Source: Enoplolaimus lenunculus
Taxonomy: Eukaryota
DNA length: 64,000 nt
Assembly: GCA_030248215.1 (NCBI GenBank)
Contig: JASANG010002092.1
Coordinates: 248,001 to 312,000 of the forward strand
Direction: 5' to 3'
Made by a program: the position numbers and the translations under genes. The notes below the pieces were generated by a model. The model saw nothing but the letters and a program-made list of their open reading frames with translations, was not told the origin of the DNA and did no database searches. Positions 1 through 12,600 of the stretch are shown in pieces. Positions within the stretch are counted from its first letter, which is position 1. Every line of letters starts with the position of its first letter.

Positions 1-45
1 GGTTTGGGAAGGGTAACTGAAAAACACAGCAAGTTTGCTATTCAG
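1..45 (+). CDS. LARP4: possible 3' end of an upstream LARP4 exon
   Basis: Frame 1 is open (GLGRVTEKHSKFAIQ) and ends CAG|gtgaag. A phase-0 join to 476 gives Q|VSSK, resembling QVASK of vertebrate LARP4. The donor is weak. Confidence 0.35.
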
Positions 46-475
46 GTGAAGTCAACTACTGTTTATTGTACGTGTTAGCTATGTAATGTAGCCAGTCAGT
101 ACTTGGTGGCCGCAGCTAAGAATTGTCTATTTAGGTGCTTGTCAAAGTTGGTTATCGATTTTTAGTGGGCGTTAAACTGGAACCGGATTTTATACACATT
201 TTTGCATGCTTTCGTAAACTTAAGCCTGTGGCGTCATCGCTTTTGTAATGCAAAGCGCTCTGGTAAACAGTCTAAATATAATTACGTAAGTAAACTTTCG
301 CTACATCACATCATTCAATTCATGTCACATGCATTGATGAATGCTTTAGTTCCTGGTTGGAATTATTTTTTATTAAAAGTTGAACGATGAAATGATTTGA
401 ATCCGTTCTCCGTACAATAATTAACTGTCATTCATTGTCAAAAATGTTGACGTGTTGGTTGTCATTCGTTTATAG

Positions 476-608
476 GTCAGCTCAAAAAATTTGAGCAAAA
501 TCTGGTCTGAACTGAACGGCGGATTTGGCGGCGTCAACGGTGTCAATTGTAGTGAATACTCGGCAAGCGGCGGCTGGATTTCGGACGAAGTCCCGTTAAT
601 GCAAGATG
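476..608 (+). CDS. LARP4: LARP4 N-terminal exon (degenerate PAM2w-like [13 protein letters not shown])
   Basis: tatag| acceptor and G|gtaagt donor. Open frame; the phase-1 end joins 12753 in frame (G|AG TAT AAT GAT ATG). Confidence 0.7.
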
Positions 609-3600
609 GTAAGTTGTCAGGCTATTGTTTTGGTTAATTAAATATGTGTGTTGAATTGTAAACTCAAAATTTCACTATAGCAACCGTAATACAACTTGAG
701 TGTTTTATATTTAATCCAGGCTTGCAACAAACGTTCAGAATCGGATTCCGTTTTTAAAAAGCCGAATTCGGCTGTGAACCTTTAGTGAGTACTTGCGATT
801 CTGGATCTCAATCCAATGTTTCAATAAATTCGATCTTCGATATTTCAAAGTTCAATTGTTTCTGTTACCTCCATAAGATTCATTCGGCTTCTTAAGTCGG
901 CATCTCAAACGGGCAATTTTTATGTCACCCGGTCTTTAGAAACCTGACATGTGGGGGAGGGAGTTTTCAGTTCATTTTCTGTCATAGATATAATGCAAAG
1001 AACATTATGCAACAGAACGTATGAGTATGAAGTGTAGTACGGATACTTTTGTTTCTATGCAGTTGGCACTCCGCCACAAGAACCCCCTAATTTGAAAAAC
1101 CGTAAAGTAAGATGTCAGACTTTTATTAGCTCCACCTGTTGTGCGAGTCACTACAACAGTATCCAGAACGTGTGCAGCAGTGTAACAAGCCACCAGCGTC
1201 ATCTGTGGATCATAAAAATTAAGCAAATAGATTAAACCACGACTGAAAATATTCCCAATTTCGTAGTTTATCATTAGTTTGAAAGCTACAAAAACTTTAT
1301 CCGAGACCTAAATTAAGTAAAGTCTCTAAAAGCCAGAGTTGTACGTATTTGTATTTGCGCCAGCTCGCTAGACATGCTAACTGCATTAGAATTGTTAGCT
1401 TAGATTTTTCATTTTTTTTTACTTTAATGTATCAAGAATTAGGCTTACTAAATTGCCTAGAGGCCAATCGCCGCCAGATGTTAAAGACACTCACTTGTGA
1501 AATGATTGTAGTTTCTGTATGATTGATTGGTCGGTCGCTAAATCAGAACGTGTAAATTTACAGCAGTTTAACGATTTGAGTTGGTGACCGGACTGAAGAC
1601 CGCCGGACAACTGGCCTGCCGGGCAAAACTCCGTCTGGACAAAAGGCCCTCTGGCAGGGATGGGCGGTCTCGACAAGTCTGCGGGATTCGACTGTTCTCG
1701 ATCTCGGTTTCGGTTTCGCCTTTTTTCCAGTCTCGGTGGTTTGCAAACCGAGACCAAAGAGGTGAAAAAGCGATAAGTAATCACAAAAATTTTCCAGTAA
1801 TCATAAAAATTTTCCTTGGATCGCAGCTTTGGCCCGGATGTATATACTTGCGCATTTCGCCCACCAACGCAGACAGCGAACGATTGTGGAGCACCGGTAC
1901 CTGGTTATACAGCGATTTGAGAAACAGAGTGACACCTCCGGCTACCCAAAAAAATTCTCCAGTCTATTCAGCTTGCCCGGGACCAAGAACAACAATATAG
2001 CTTTAAATTAGGGTTGTACTGAGGGTGTTGAGAGACAGTGCGATTTGTCCCGAGTCTGATCAAAACGTATGAAGGACAATAGCCAAGTGAAAAATAAAGT
2101 AAGTAATAAAGTTTGGTGGCGATTTATTAGTTTAATTGTATGAAACGGCAATTCAAAGCATATAAAAATGTCCAAAACTTTTGTTAAAGATCTTATTTTT
2201 ATTTTCGGTAACGGTTAAAAATTAACCGAGACCGAGACCAAAAATCTCGGTCTCGGTAGATTTGGTCTCGGTCTCGATTTCGTTTTTTTTGAACGAGACC
2301 GCCCATCCCTGCCGTCTGGACAAAAAGCCGTCCGGACAAAAGGTCGTCCGGACAAAAGGTCGTCCGGACAAAAGGTCGTCCGGACAAAAAGCCGCCTGGA
2401 CAAAAAGCCGCCTGGACAAAAGGCCGTCCGAACGAACGGCCGCCTGGACAAAAGACCGTCCGGATAAAGCATCCAACCTGTGGACAATACATACGTCTTG
2501 GCACATATTGCCCAACCAGTATATTTTTACGCTATGCCCAGGGATGATCGGTATCGATGAAAAACACACATTGCGACTTGACCGACGAGACAGGCCATAA
2601 AAACGGTCAGCCTCGGTCAATTTGTGGTCAACACCGGAAATTTAGAGTTTTCAAAATTTTTATATAATACTTTTCAGTTTTTTGTGTTTTTTCAGAATAT
2701 CTCATTCACTGAATCCTCTACTTCTGGTTTCGGTTCCAAATCACAGGGACTCAAAAAAGCGAGACCGAGACCTGTTAAATACATAGACTTACCGACACCG
2801 AGACTCCCATCTCTGTACACAGATTTTTTTGACTATCAAAACTGGCAACTTTTGTGTGATCTGCAGCAAAAAATGTTGCTCAACGGCTTTAGTGGTTGTA
2901 TAATTACAAGATACAATTTCAAACCGAGACCTGCCAATTAGTGTGTCGTTGCTTGAAAGCGTATGGTTTAATTCAATTTTGCCAGGCAGCCTTTTATACA
3001 GGCGGTATTTTGTCCGGACGGTATTCTGTCCGGACGGCCTTTTGTCGGGACGGCCATTTGTCTGGCGGCCTTCTGTCCCGGAACCATTTTAGTTATCTCT
3101 TATCGCTATCTATTTTCACACATCATGTTGTTATGTATATATTTGACTGAGTAAGGTAAGGTTGCAGGTGTTTTTATTTGTTGCATGCGATATGAAATTG
3201 TGTCTTAACAATTTTGAAGAACAACTAGGATTACGCCTAATATTCGGGGACAAGAACATAAATAACGAACGTTTATAGTAAAACCTCTATTGTAATGTTG
3301 TACAAGCGTTTTTATGAAGTTTTTTTTAATTTGTAAAGTAAGAAAATGCCATACTTCGATTTTTATAGAACGAGCCCCATCAAAAAATCATGGCTGCTGC
3401 CGCCCTTCCCTGTGCGCTGAGTGGGTGCCCTCCCCTGTGCACTGAGTGGGTATTGTATGTGTTGTGTTCAGCACTGTTTTTGTGTGCGGAAATTGTATTT
3501 TATTGATTATAGCTGAGATATTTAGTAGTGTAAAACGAGGAATAATTATTTGTGTATTATATGTTTTTATGGCAGTGTTGACAAATCACTATATATAGAT

Positions 3601-6600
3601 AGATCGCCTGCGAATCTATGGGGAGTTTACGTAGACCATGTCTCCTTTCAGGGATTAAAATCAGAATTTTGCATTAAGATAACTAAAATCGCCATTGGGT
3701 TCTATCCCGCTTAATTGTTTCACTATTATTATATTACGCTTCCCTACCGTCAGAATTTCCTGAATCTGCTACTGCTACAGATGTGGCAATTCCAACAATA
3801 TGTGCGTACATTATGGGTGTATTTGTGTAACGTTTTGTTGAGTGAGAATGTTGTTTTTTTGCAGTGGAATATTTTTGCTTCTGTATATATGATAACATAA
3901 CCGAGATACCCACCCCTTGTATTGGTTTAGACATATTCCTCGTTAAAGATTGGCGGAATTGGTGTGTTCTTCAGTGTTTTCTACAGCATGTATTTATTTA
4001 TATACACAGACACTGTCCGTACGTATCGTCAGAACAATGTTCACTTTTATTAGAAAATGTAGAAAATTTTGAATTCAATAATATATATCAAATGAGAGTC
4101 AACACTGACTGAAAGGGAACTTTTGTGTGTGTTTCTCAGTTTTCATTTTACTTTGTTTGTGCTGTATTTTGGAACATTGTTTCTTTCGTTCTTTTTTTCT
4201 TTTGCTCTTTTTTTGAAAATGCGCTTCCCTCAAGCAAGATGCTGCAATTGTTAGCTGTTTGTGGTAGTTTTTATCTCACAACTTGTGAACCGCGTTGTGA
4301 CCGGTGACCCATTCTGGTTTAATGAAATTTGCACATTTCGGAATCTGGTTATGTTAAATTGTTAATTTGAAACTAATACTAGTATCACGCAAAGAAAATT
4401 TATAAATTTTACGAATTTCCTTCAAAATCACAGCTTACTTGCTTTAATTTAAGCTGTATATAATCGTTGCTTGTTTGTTATAACGGCGCTTAATGGAATG
4501 CAGAAAAAGGCGTGCCGTGGTAATATTTTATTTCAAGTCAAACTGGACAAAAAATTAAATTAATTTTTCAGTCTCACTGACTTTTACTATTGGATTATGT
4601 GCCGATTAATCAGCATCGGCATCGGTAATCGACACTATTCGGGAGTATTGGCATCGGAACTGTAAAAAATTGCCGATTCTTTCCCGATATTGTTTCGGCA
4701 TAACCGGGATGGGCGGTATCGGTCTCGGCAAGTCTCGGGTTCTGATGGTCTCAGTCTCGGTCTCGCTTTTTTGTCAGTCTAGGCGGTTTGCAAGCCGAGA
4801 CCACAGAGGTGAAAAAGCGAGAAGCAATCACAAAAATTTTCCTTGGATCGCAGCTGTGTCCCGAAAGTACTGGCGCATTTTCGCCTACCAAAACAGACAG
4901 CGAATGATTGTGGACTACCGCTACCTGGTTATACAGCGATTTGAGAAACAAAGTGACACCTCCGGCTACCCAAAATTCTATTTTTTGAAAGGAAACACAA
5001 AACACTTTGATTTTATTGTGACAAAGCACAAATATTGCATTTTCGTTTTAAAACATTTATGGCATCGTGCAAAAAAGTATGGGTGAACCGCATTTATAAC
5101 GTCTACGCTATGTTAAAAAATTCTCCAGTCTACTCAATTTGCCCGGGATCGCAAACAACACTATAGCTTTGCGATAGGGTTGTACTGAGAGTGTTTTGAG
5201 ACAGTGGGATTTGTCCCGAGACTGTTCGAAGGGTATGGGGACAGTAGCCAAGTGACAAATAAAGTAAAAAATAAAGTGTGGCGGTGGTTTATTAGTTTAA
5301 TTGTATGAAACGGCAATTCAAAGCATATAAAAATGTTCAAAACTATTGTAAAAAAATCTTATTTTTGTTTTCGGTAACGGTTATAAATTGACCGAGACCA
5401 AAAGCCTCGGCCTCGGTAGGTTGAGTCTCGGTCTCGCTTTTTTGACCGAGACCGCTCATCCCTGCCGCATAACACTCGGTTGGAAAGGTATCAATTTCAC
5501 TTCTTGGCGTACGTGTATTAGTGTGGCTGGTCAGAATACTGTTATTTCTCCTGAGTTTGTTTGAAAACAAAATTTAAATGGACCATTATCATAAAATTTC
5601 AATCGTTTATGATGGTTACAGTTTAAGTCTTCGCATAATGATGTAATATAGTATCCTATCTGCTCTTTAAGCATGATATACTAAAGTTGGAATCAGCATC
5701 GGTATTGGTTCGGCTTCGGCTTATTTTCAAAATAAGAAACGGTATCGGCAAAAATTTTGGTATCGGCACATTCCTGTTTTCTAAGTCGGGTTGCATCCTT
5801 GTGCAGACCACGATCTACCGGATAATGGTGAATTTTTACCGGAACTGGATATTAACTGTATATAGCATCTAAGATTGTGCACTGGTTAAAGTATTTTGAT
5901 ATTTGACAAAATACCCAGAATAAAATTAATATTTATATAATATATGTATCACGGTACAATCGGATGCCAAAACTGACGGTGACGGAAACGAATAATCTAA
6001 TAAGCAGGACCATATTACTGTTTGAATTAATGTTTGTACGCGCTAATTATGATTTTTTCGTAAATTAATTGCCTATCACTAAAAATACCACGAGCACATA
6101 TTTATTTTCACAAATAACTGAATTCAAAACAAAAACTAAAATAAAGCATAAATTGTGATATATGCCTGTGTATGCATGCAAGTTTAAGCATCTATCCCAA
6201 TCTAATACTAAACCGGCACTCAAATCTCAGAACGTAACTCACAATTCTTCCTTCCGTGGCCTATGTTATTCAAAGTGTTTCCATGAAAAAGCTTAACACT
6301 TTAACACCGACCGTATTCCATTATTCTATGTTTATGTAAACTGGATTACATCTAATCGGAGCAGCAATTTTATACCGAAAACTAAGCCACAATCCATTAT
6401 TGTTCCCTGCAAAAAATGCCGATTCATTGCCGATACTTTTTGCACATTAACAGGGTGCATCGGATCAGGAAAAGTTATCTCTTGCGTTTGTGTTTGAAAA
6501 AATTAATTAAAATAAACCGTTCTTATAAAATTATAATATTTCAAGTGAAGCAGTACCATATAGACCCTTCACGAAGATTTTGCTGCGGATCCAGTGGGTC

Positions 6601-9600
6601 TCGAATCCACGATGTACTGATAACCGGTCCGCTGCTTTAACCACTTAGCTACGCAGCCAAGCAAACTGTTCGCTATAATGGCTCGGCTCTATATACCGTA
6701 AGTTTGGTACAACAAGATACGTATATGAATACGCCGCGAAATCGCATGAGCTGGAGAGCGTCTCTTACAGTTCCCAACCAATCCCGCTAAGTAATTCAAG
6801 GGAAGCAGTGCCATATAGAGCCATTCACGAAAATCTCGCTGTGGATGCGGTGGGGCTCGAACTTACGACGTGCGGATTACCGGTCCGCTGCGCTAACCAC
6901 TGAGCTACGCAGACTTGCAAACTTTTCGCTCAAGTTCTTTAAGCATCGTGCGTTAAAATTGGAATCGGCATCTGTGTCGGCCATCCGCATATCTTCCGAA
7001 TAAAATTCTTCATCGGCAAAAAATTTGGTACCGGCACTTCCAGATTAAGGACAGTACGTTGTTTTGTGATATTTCCTTGAAATAATTTTTTGTGAATGCC
7101 ATTACCCGCTGAACACTTGATACTTCCCATTAGTGTACACACGATCTTTCTAGAATATAGATGGAGACAGAAATTTTTACCTAACTAGAAAGAATTTGGT
7201 CCATGTTCAGATTTTGTTATAAAAATTCCGGGTCCGGGTTAACCCCGAAAAGAAATCCGGTTACAGGTTTGCATTTTTAACAGTTTCGATCCGGTTACGG
7301 GTTTGCATTTTTAACAGTTGCGGAACCTGAATTTTCTTCCAGCAAAATCCGGGTCCGGGCGTTTATTTTTAAAATGTTGCAATTCTATTGATAGTCACTA
7401 GGTGGAAACTATAGTGCAAATGCCGAACTTTTTCGCTCGGGGATCTTGTACTGTCTAACCACGGCCCGGAACAGACTGACTAATGACCAAGAACTTTGTG
7501 TATGGCGATCATTCGCAGCTGTTAGAACTCAGTACTACTTCTTTAAAATGTTGGTGCAATATATATATTTAACAACTGCTGTCTAACGTATTAACTAACA
7601 CACAAGTGACATACAATGAGTATATATAGTAACACAGTTGTAGCCAGGGCTTAAGACAGTGGGTCACATTTTGCAAAACTTTCGAATTGGTTTTTGTTGT
7701 GCTATCAACTGAACAAGTTTCTAAAAACCATTGGCTCGACAACGATTGCAAAGGGCGCAGTTTGGCCCCTCAAATAACAACTCCTGTATCTAGACCCTGA
7801 GTAATATTCACGTATATAATACATAACTCAATGTTATTAATAATACTTATGCTCTCATGACCACAGCACAGTGTTGTTGTGACGTAGTCAAAAGTGCAGT
7901 GAACATAACTACGATTTTTGTTAATTGTTATTGTTTTCGTTTTTTGTTTCTTTTTCTTACATTGGGTGTATTTAATGTTTTTTCAGCCTTATGCGCGAGT
8001 GTATAGGAGGAGAGAGATAGAGGCAGGGTGCACCCGGAATTCCGATTCCGACATTTTTTCCCCTTCCAGCTCCGGTTCCGGCATTTTTTCACTTTCCAGT
8101 TCAGGTAAATTTTTACCGGAATTAAAAATCTAATATTAAAATTTGGTTGGTGGAAATTAATATATTTTTCTAAAAATGATGATAAAATTAATTAGATTTT
8201 ACTAGTATAGTATGCAAACCTTGACAATTGCCGACAATCAACCATCGAAGGTAGATTTCGGTTCCGTAAATTATGAAAATCTAAAACACAGCAGATAAAG
8301 TGAATACTTAAAGAGCAAATTTATACCGGAATCGGAATGGGAACTACAAATTTTATGACTACACGGATACATAATTTGATTAAGAAGTATAATATTGATT
8401 TAGGGTGCCTCGAAACCAGAATTCGCTGAAAGAAACATGAATCGAGGTAGAAACTTTAAGTACTTAAAGTTTTGGACATGTGATTCAGTCTGTTCCAACT
8501 CAATTTCAAAACACAAACCAATGTTTCCCAACTTCCGAATCTTGATGGATTCGGTTTTTTCAAAACTGAATCCGAATCTGAACTTTTGCTACCACCCTGG
8601 CTGCGGCTTTTTAATAAAACCAGTTGACATCCCTAGTTTATGAAATACATGTTGTTCCATTCGCTTCATTGCGATTCCAATTCTAGTAAAATATTTGTTT
8701 GTATTTCGACAAAATTTTATTGCCGTCGGAACCATGTTTGTTTTGTATATTTTTGTGAATGCTTTATTTTATATTTTGTTTTGGTTAAATGCAATATAGC
8801 GAACTAGTGTTTATATACTGATAACGCTCGATTCAATAGATTCAGTGCTACCATGACGACTGATCATTTTTTTATGGTGCAATGCCTAAATATATGTGAA
8901 GATGATTTTATACTCTAAACATGTAGTTATTAGTATGGGTATAAGTGAACGAACCATAGTTTGTGCGTTTTGTTACTCGGGTTCCCCCTTGTCTTGGTTG
9001 AAATCAATTTGGTTTGGTTTGGTTTGTTTCTTGGTGCGACGGTGTGTAGTGTTTTTATGCTGCGATAAATGTTTTGTTTATTATGATCTGTTTATGACGC
9101 TGGCGGTAGGGTTTTCCCTGTACTCTGATTGAGTTTTTTGTATTTGGTTGAGATTATGACACTGGTCGATTAATCGTGCGTTTTCAGTTGGTTGAACGCA
9201 TGGCTCGATTGGATATTAATTTCAGCGGATAGCAGAACCGGAGCTGGATAGTGGATAGTAAATTTCTTACCAGAATCGGATATTAACCGCATGTATGTAG
9301 CAACTAAATTTGCACACTATCGCAGTATTTGAGGAAGGATACGGATATCGGTTTCTGCCGGATATTATGACGGAACCGGATATCCGGTCGATCTCTTATC
9401 GAACTATACGTACTGTGAGCCATAGGTGTTTTGGCTTGCCGAGTGTGTAGCCTGGTGCGGGGTTAGTGGCAACCTCGTTTTTGCGATTGTTGTCCAGTGG
9501 CTGTTTACCTTTTTCCACAGTCCTATACACAGCCTTTATTAGAAAACTGTATGTATGGCGAATTATGTCAAGAATTGGGGCAGACCACCAATACATACAT

Positions 9601-12600
9601 AATTATCATGTTGTTATTAAAGCTGAAACGCTTAACAGAAGCCTATCCATTCATCAAAGTAATTGAAATCGTAACACGCTTGGCTGTGCGAATTTGATTC
9701 CTGTCTCGTTTTACGTACGGTTTTCAGGCAAACTTTAAAATCAGCTCAAAAATTAAAAGTAAGGTCTCGAAAAAATTAGAGTAATGCAGTTGTGAAAAAA
9801 TAAATTCCAATCAATGCGTCCAGGTGATGGTATTATATAATTTCAATTATATAGCGAACAACAGATAATTATTGTATTTTTTTAGTTCATTTTCAAATGT
9901 TTTGTTTTTAAAGTAATTATAAACGACATAAGGTATATATACTAGTTGACAACATAAATGGTGGATCGCTGACAGTATATTTGCACTGCTATATATACCC
10001 GCATTTGAAGCTAAAAATACCAATGACCTAAGTTAGTCTTGAACCGATTCTGGCGTAGATTCAGGGACACATACATCATGCACAAGGGTACACTATGTAA
10101 TATGGCAGAATACCTTGCGAGCAAAGTGAAAAAAGAAGCCAAATACAATTGAGTAATTTGTAAAGTGCCTAGGGACCTTACTACTTTGGGTTCAAAATGT
10201 AACGGTTTGCTTCTCTGCGAACCCAGTTCCAGCGTCGGAGTGTAGATATTTGTTACCGGTTCCCCTGACCGGACACACTGATATGTGCCCAGAAATGAAA
10301 TTGATAGCATTCAAACTGACTGTTATGTGCAAAAAGTATCGACAAAGAATCGGCAATATTTCCGATGCCGATGCCGATTAATTGGCACATCCCTAGTATG
10401 TATATGGTGATACTTTTTTAATCTTGACTCACAATATCGGTCGCTCGCTCTGTGTCCGGTGTTATGCTGGTTACTATACGCACGCGTATGATCGTGATGT
10501 TTGTTTGTTGAATTGAAACCAGAACTGTAGTGTGCAACGAACGAGAGTTATAATATGTCAATGTTAAGGTTTATTTAGTGTGGTCTGAAGTCTAAATATA
10601 CGGTAACAACCGTTCAGCTTCATTGCTGCGTTTCTATGGCAGGTGGTTTTTCATGCAGTATTCTGATTGATGACAATACGCATCATGCTTGCGATATTAG
10701 CGTATGTACACTGGTTTACACCACCTATCGTTTGGTGTTTAAATTGAATCGACAACAATTTTTCGTTCGATATTTAGTCGCTTGACAGTGAATTCAACGT
10801 AAGCGTTTGTCTAGACCTAAACTTCTGCCTAATGATGGGCGATAAATTGTGAAGTACGTTTGACGTCGGATTGCGAGTTGTTCTGTTCGGCGACGAATTG
10901 TTGTGATAATGCTGTAAAATTGTTTTAATGCGAACAAGTTCGAAGAATCATTGGCGTTCTTTAGAAGCGCAAGGAACAATTAGCAAGCTGCAACGGCGAT
11001 TTAACGAACAAGAGAGGATACTTGGGGTTGGGATATATCCTTTATTGCGATTCTAGTTGCATAAATAACCGATAGTTCAAACATTATAAGACTTACCTTG
11101 CATTGTTGTATATACCTTCGTTAATCATTAGCTTGTATCACCCTTTAAAAATTTGTGGATCCGCCAGTATTTAGTTCCAAATTTACGCATAATTTTCGTT
11201 CTACTTCATTGTTATTGTCAACGCCCTCGGGCGGTGACTCCTGTTTTCGCTTGCGGCAATGATGAAAAGTTTTCAGCATTGTAAATACACCAGAACGTTT
11301 TTGAAAATTTTTTTATTCAATAAAAAATTCCAAGTTTGAATTTTTCGCACCAGACTCGATTCCTTATTAATTTCCTCTTTGCAACTTTCAGTACAAACAT
11401 GGCTTTAGATTTGCATCTTTGATATGCTCATAGTTCATACCAGCAGATTTTATGCGTTCAAGAATTGATTGGAACCAAGGCTGAAGCAGCCACCCTCAGG
11501 GTGCAACCGGAATTCCGATTCCGGTTAGAATTCCGTTACAAAACGAGTTCGGATTCCGATTGCACAATCAATCGAAATAAGAATTTTGAAATTTTCACTT
11601 TAATCTTACTTGTTGTGATACGTTGCATAAAAATTCTGTATTATTTATCCATTAAATTGCTTTTGATGACTTAACTTATCAATAATTGATTGTACTTTAG
11701 CTTTATAGAGCCAAAAACCATCGCCAATCTGTTCATGCGACCTATTTCAAAAAATTATTGCCAGCTAACAGGCACCGTAAATCAACATTGTATTCGCGGT
11801 ATAATCCAGTTCTGCTTTGCAGCCTAGCGACCCTCCATACCCCTCATTTGGGGGACCCTCCCTAACCGGATGAAGCAAAACCGCCAAAGTTTTGAAATAC
11901 GTCTGGATTCTCGCTCGCTTCTCTTTCAACTTTCTCACTATCCTACCTTTCCGCGATTTTTTTAAATGGCTTTAGACACTGCACATGCCTTACAACAACC
12001 ACCAGGCTGCTAAATACAAACAAATTTTTTGGCTCGCTACACACACTGGCTTACAATTTTACTTGATAAGTCTCATGAAACGAAATAATACAGAAGGTAT
12101 ATAATATAAGAAAATTTTGAGTGAAGTGTGTCGTGTGTTGTCTCCACCGGTTGGTGCACATGAAGTTTGTGAATGGTTTTATCTAAAATATGAGTCGTTT
12201 AGCTACTTTAAAAGAAGAAGTTTGGGTCATTTTAGATGGCTTCACTTTCTAGATCCATCATTTTGCATTTTTGAGTGAAATTGTTTTTGGAAGGGTGTCG
12301 CTACAGCTATCTGACACGAGCGTGAGCTCGGACAACCTTTCATCAGATATCGATAAATTTTGTATTAACATCTACTAGGATGCGACCGGATATTAATTTA
12401 CCAAATGCCGGAACCGGATACTGTTATTGGACTTCTTATCGGAACAATGTTCATAATTGCTGCTGATAAACTGAAGTTTTTAATGCAAAAATGCGTTTAA
12501 ATGCGTTTGTTAGCAACATTTCATGTGTTATTCTAAGATCAGTTAGCAACATTTCATGTGTTATTCTAAGATCACACAATGTTTCAGGATTATATTTTGC

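Noticed and set aside
1491..3150. Cluster of 60-139 aa ORFs ([10 protein letters not shown]..., SVSVS...)
   Set aside because: These are translations of MITE termini and 16-17 bp repeat arrays; the same peptides recur at 4670-5570 and 24786-25109.
10643..10701. Possible extra LARP4 exon (ggcag|GTGG...TTAGC|gtatgt)
   Set aside because: Its 59-nt length would break the phase-1/phase-1 join between 608 and 12753, and it has no homology support.
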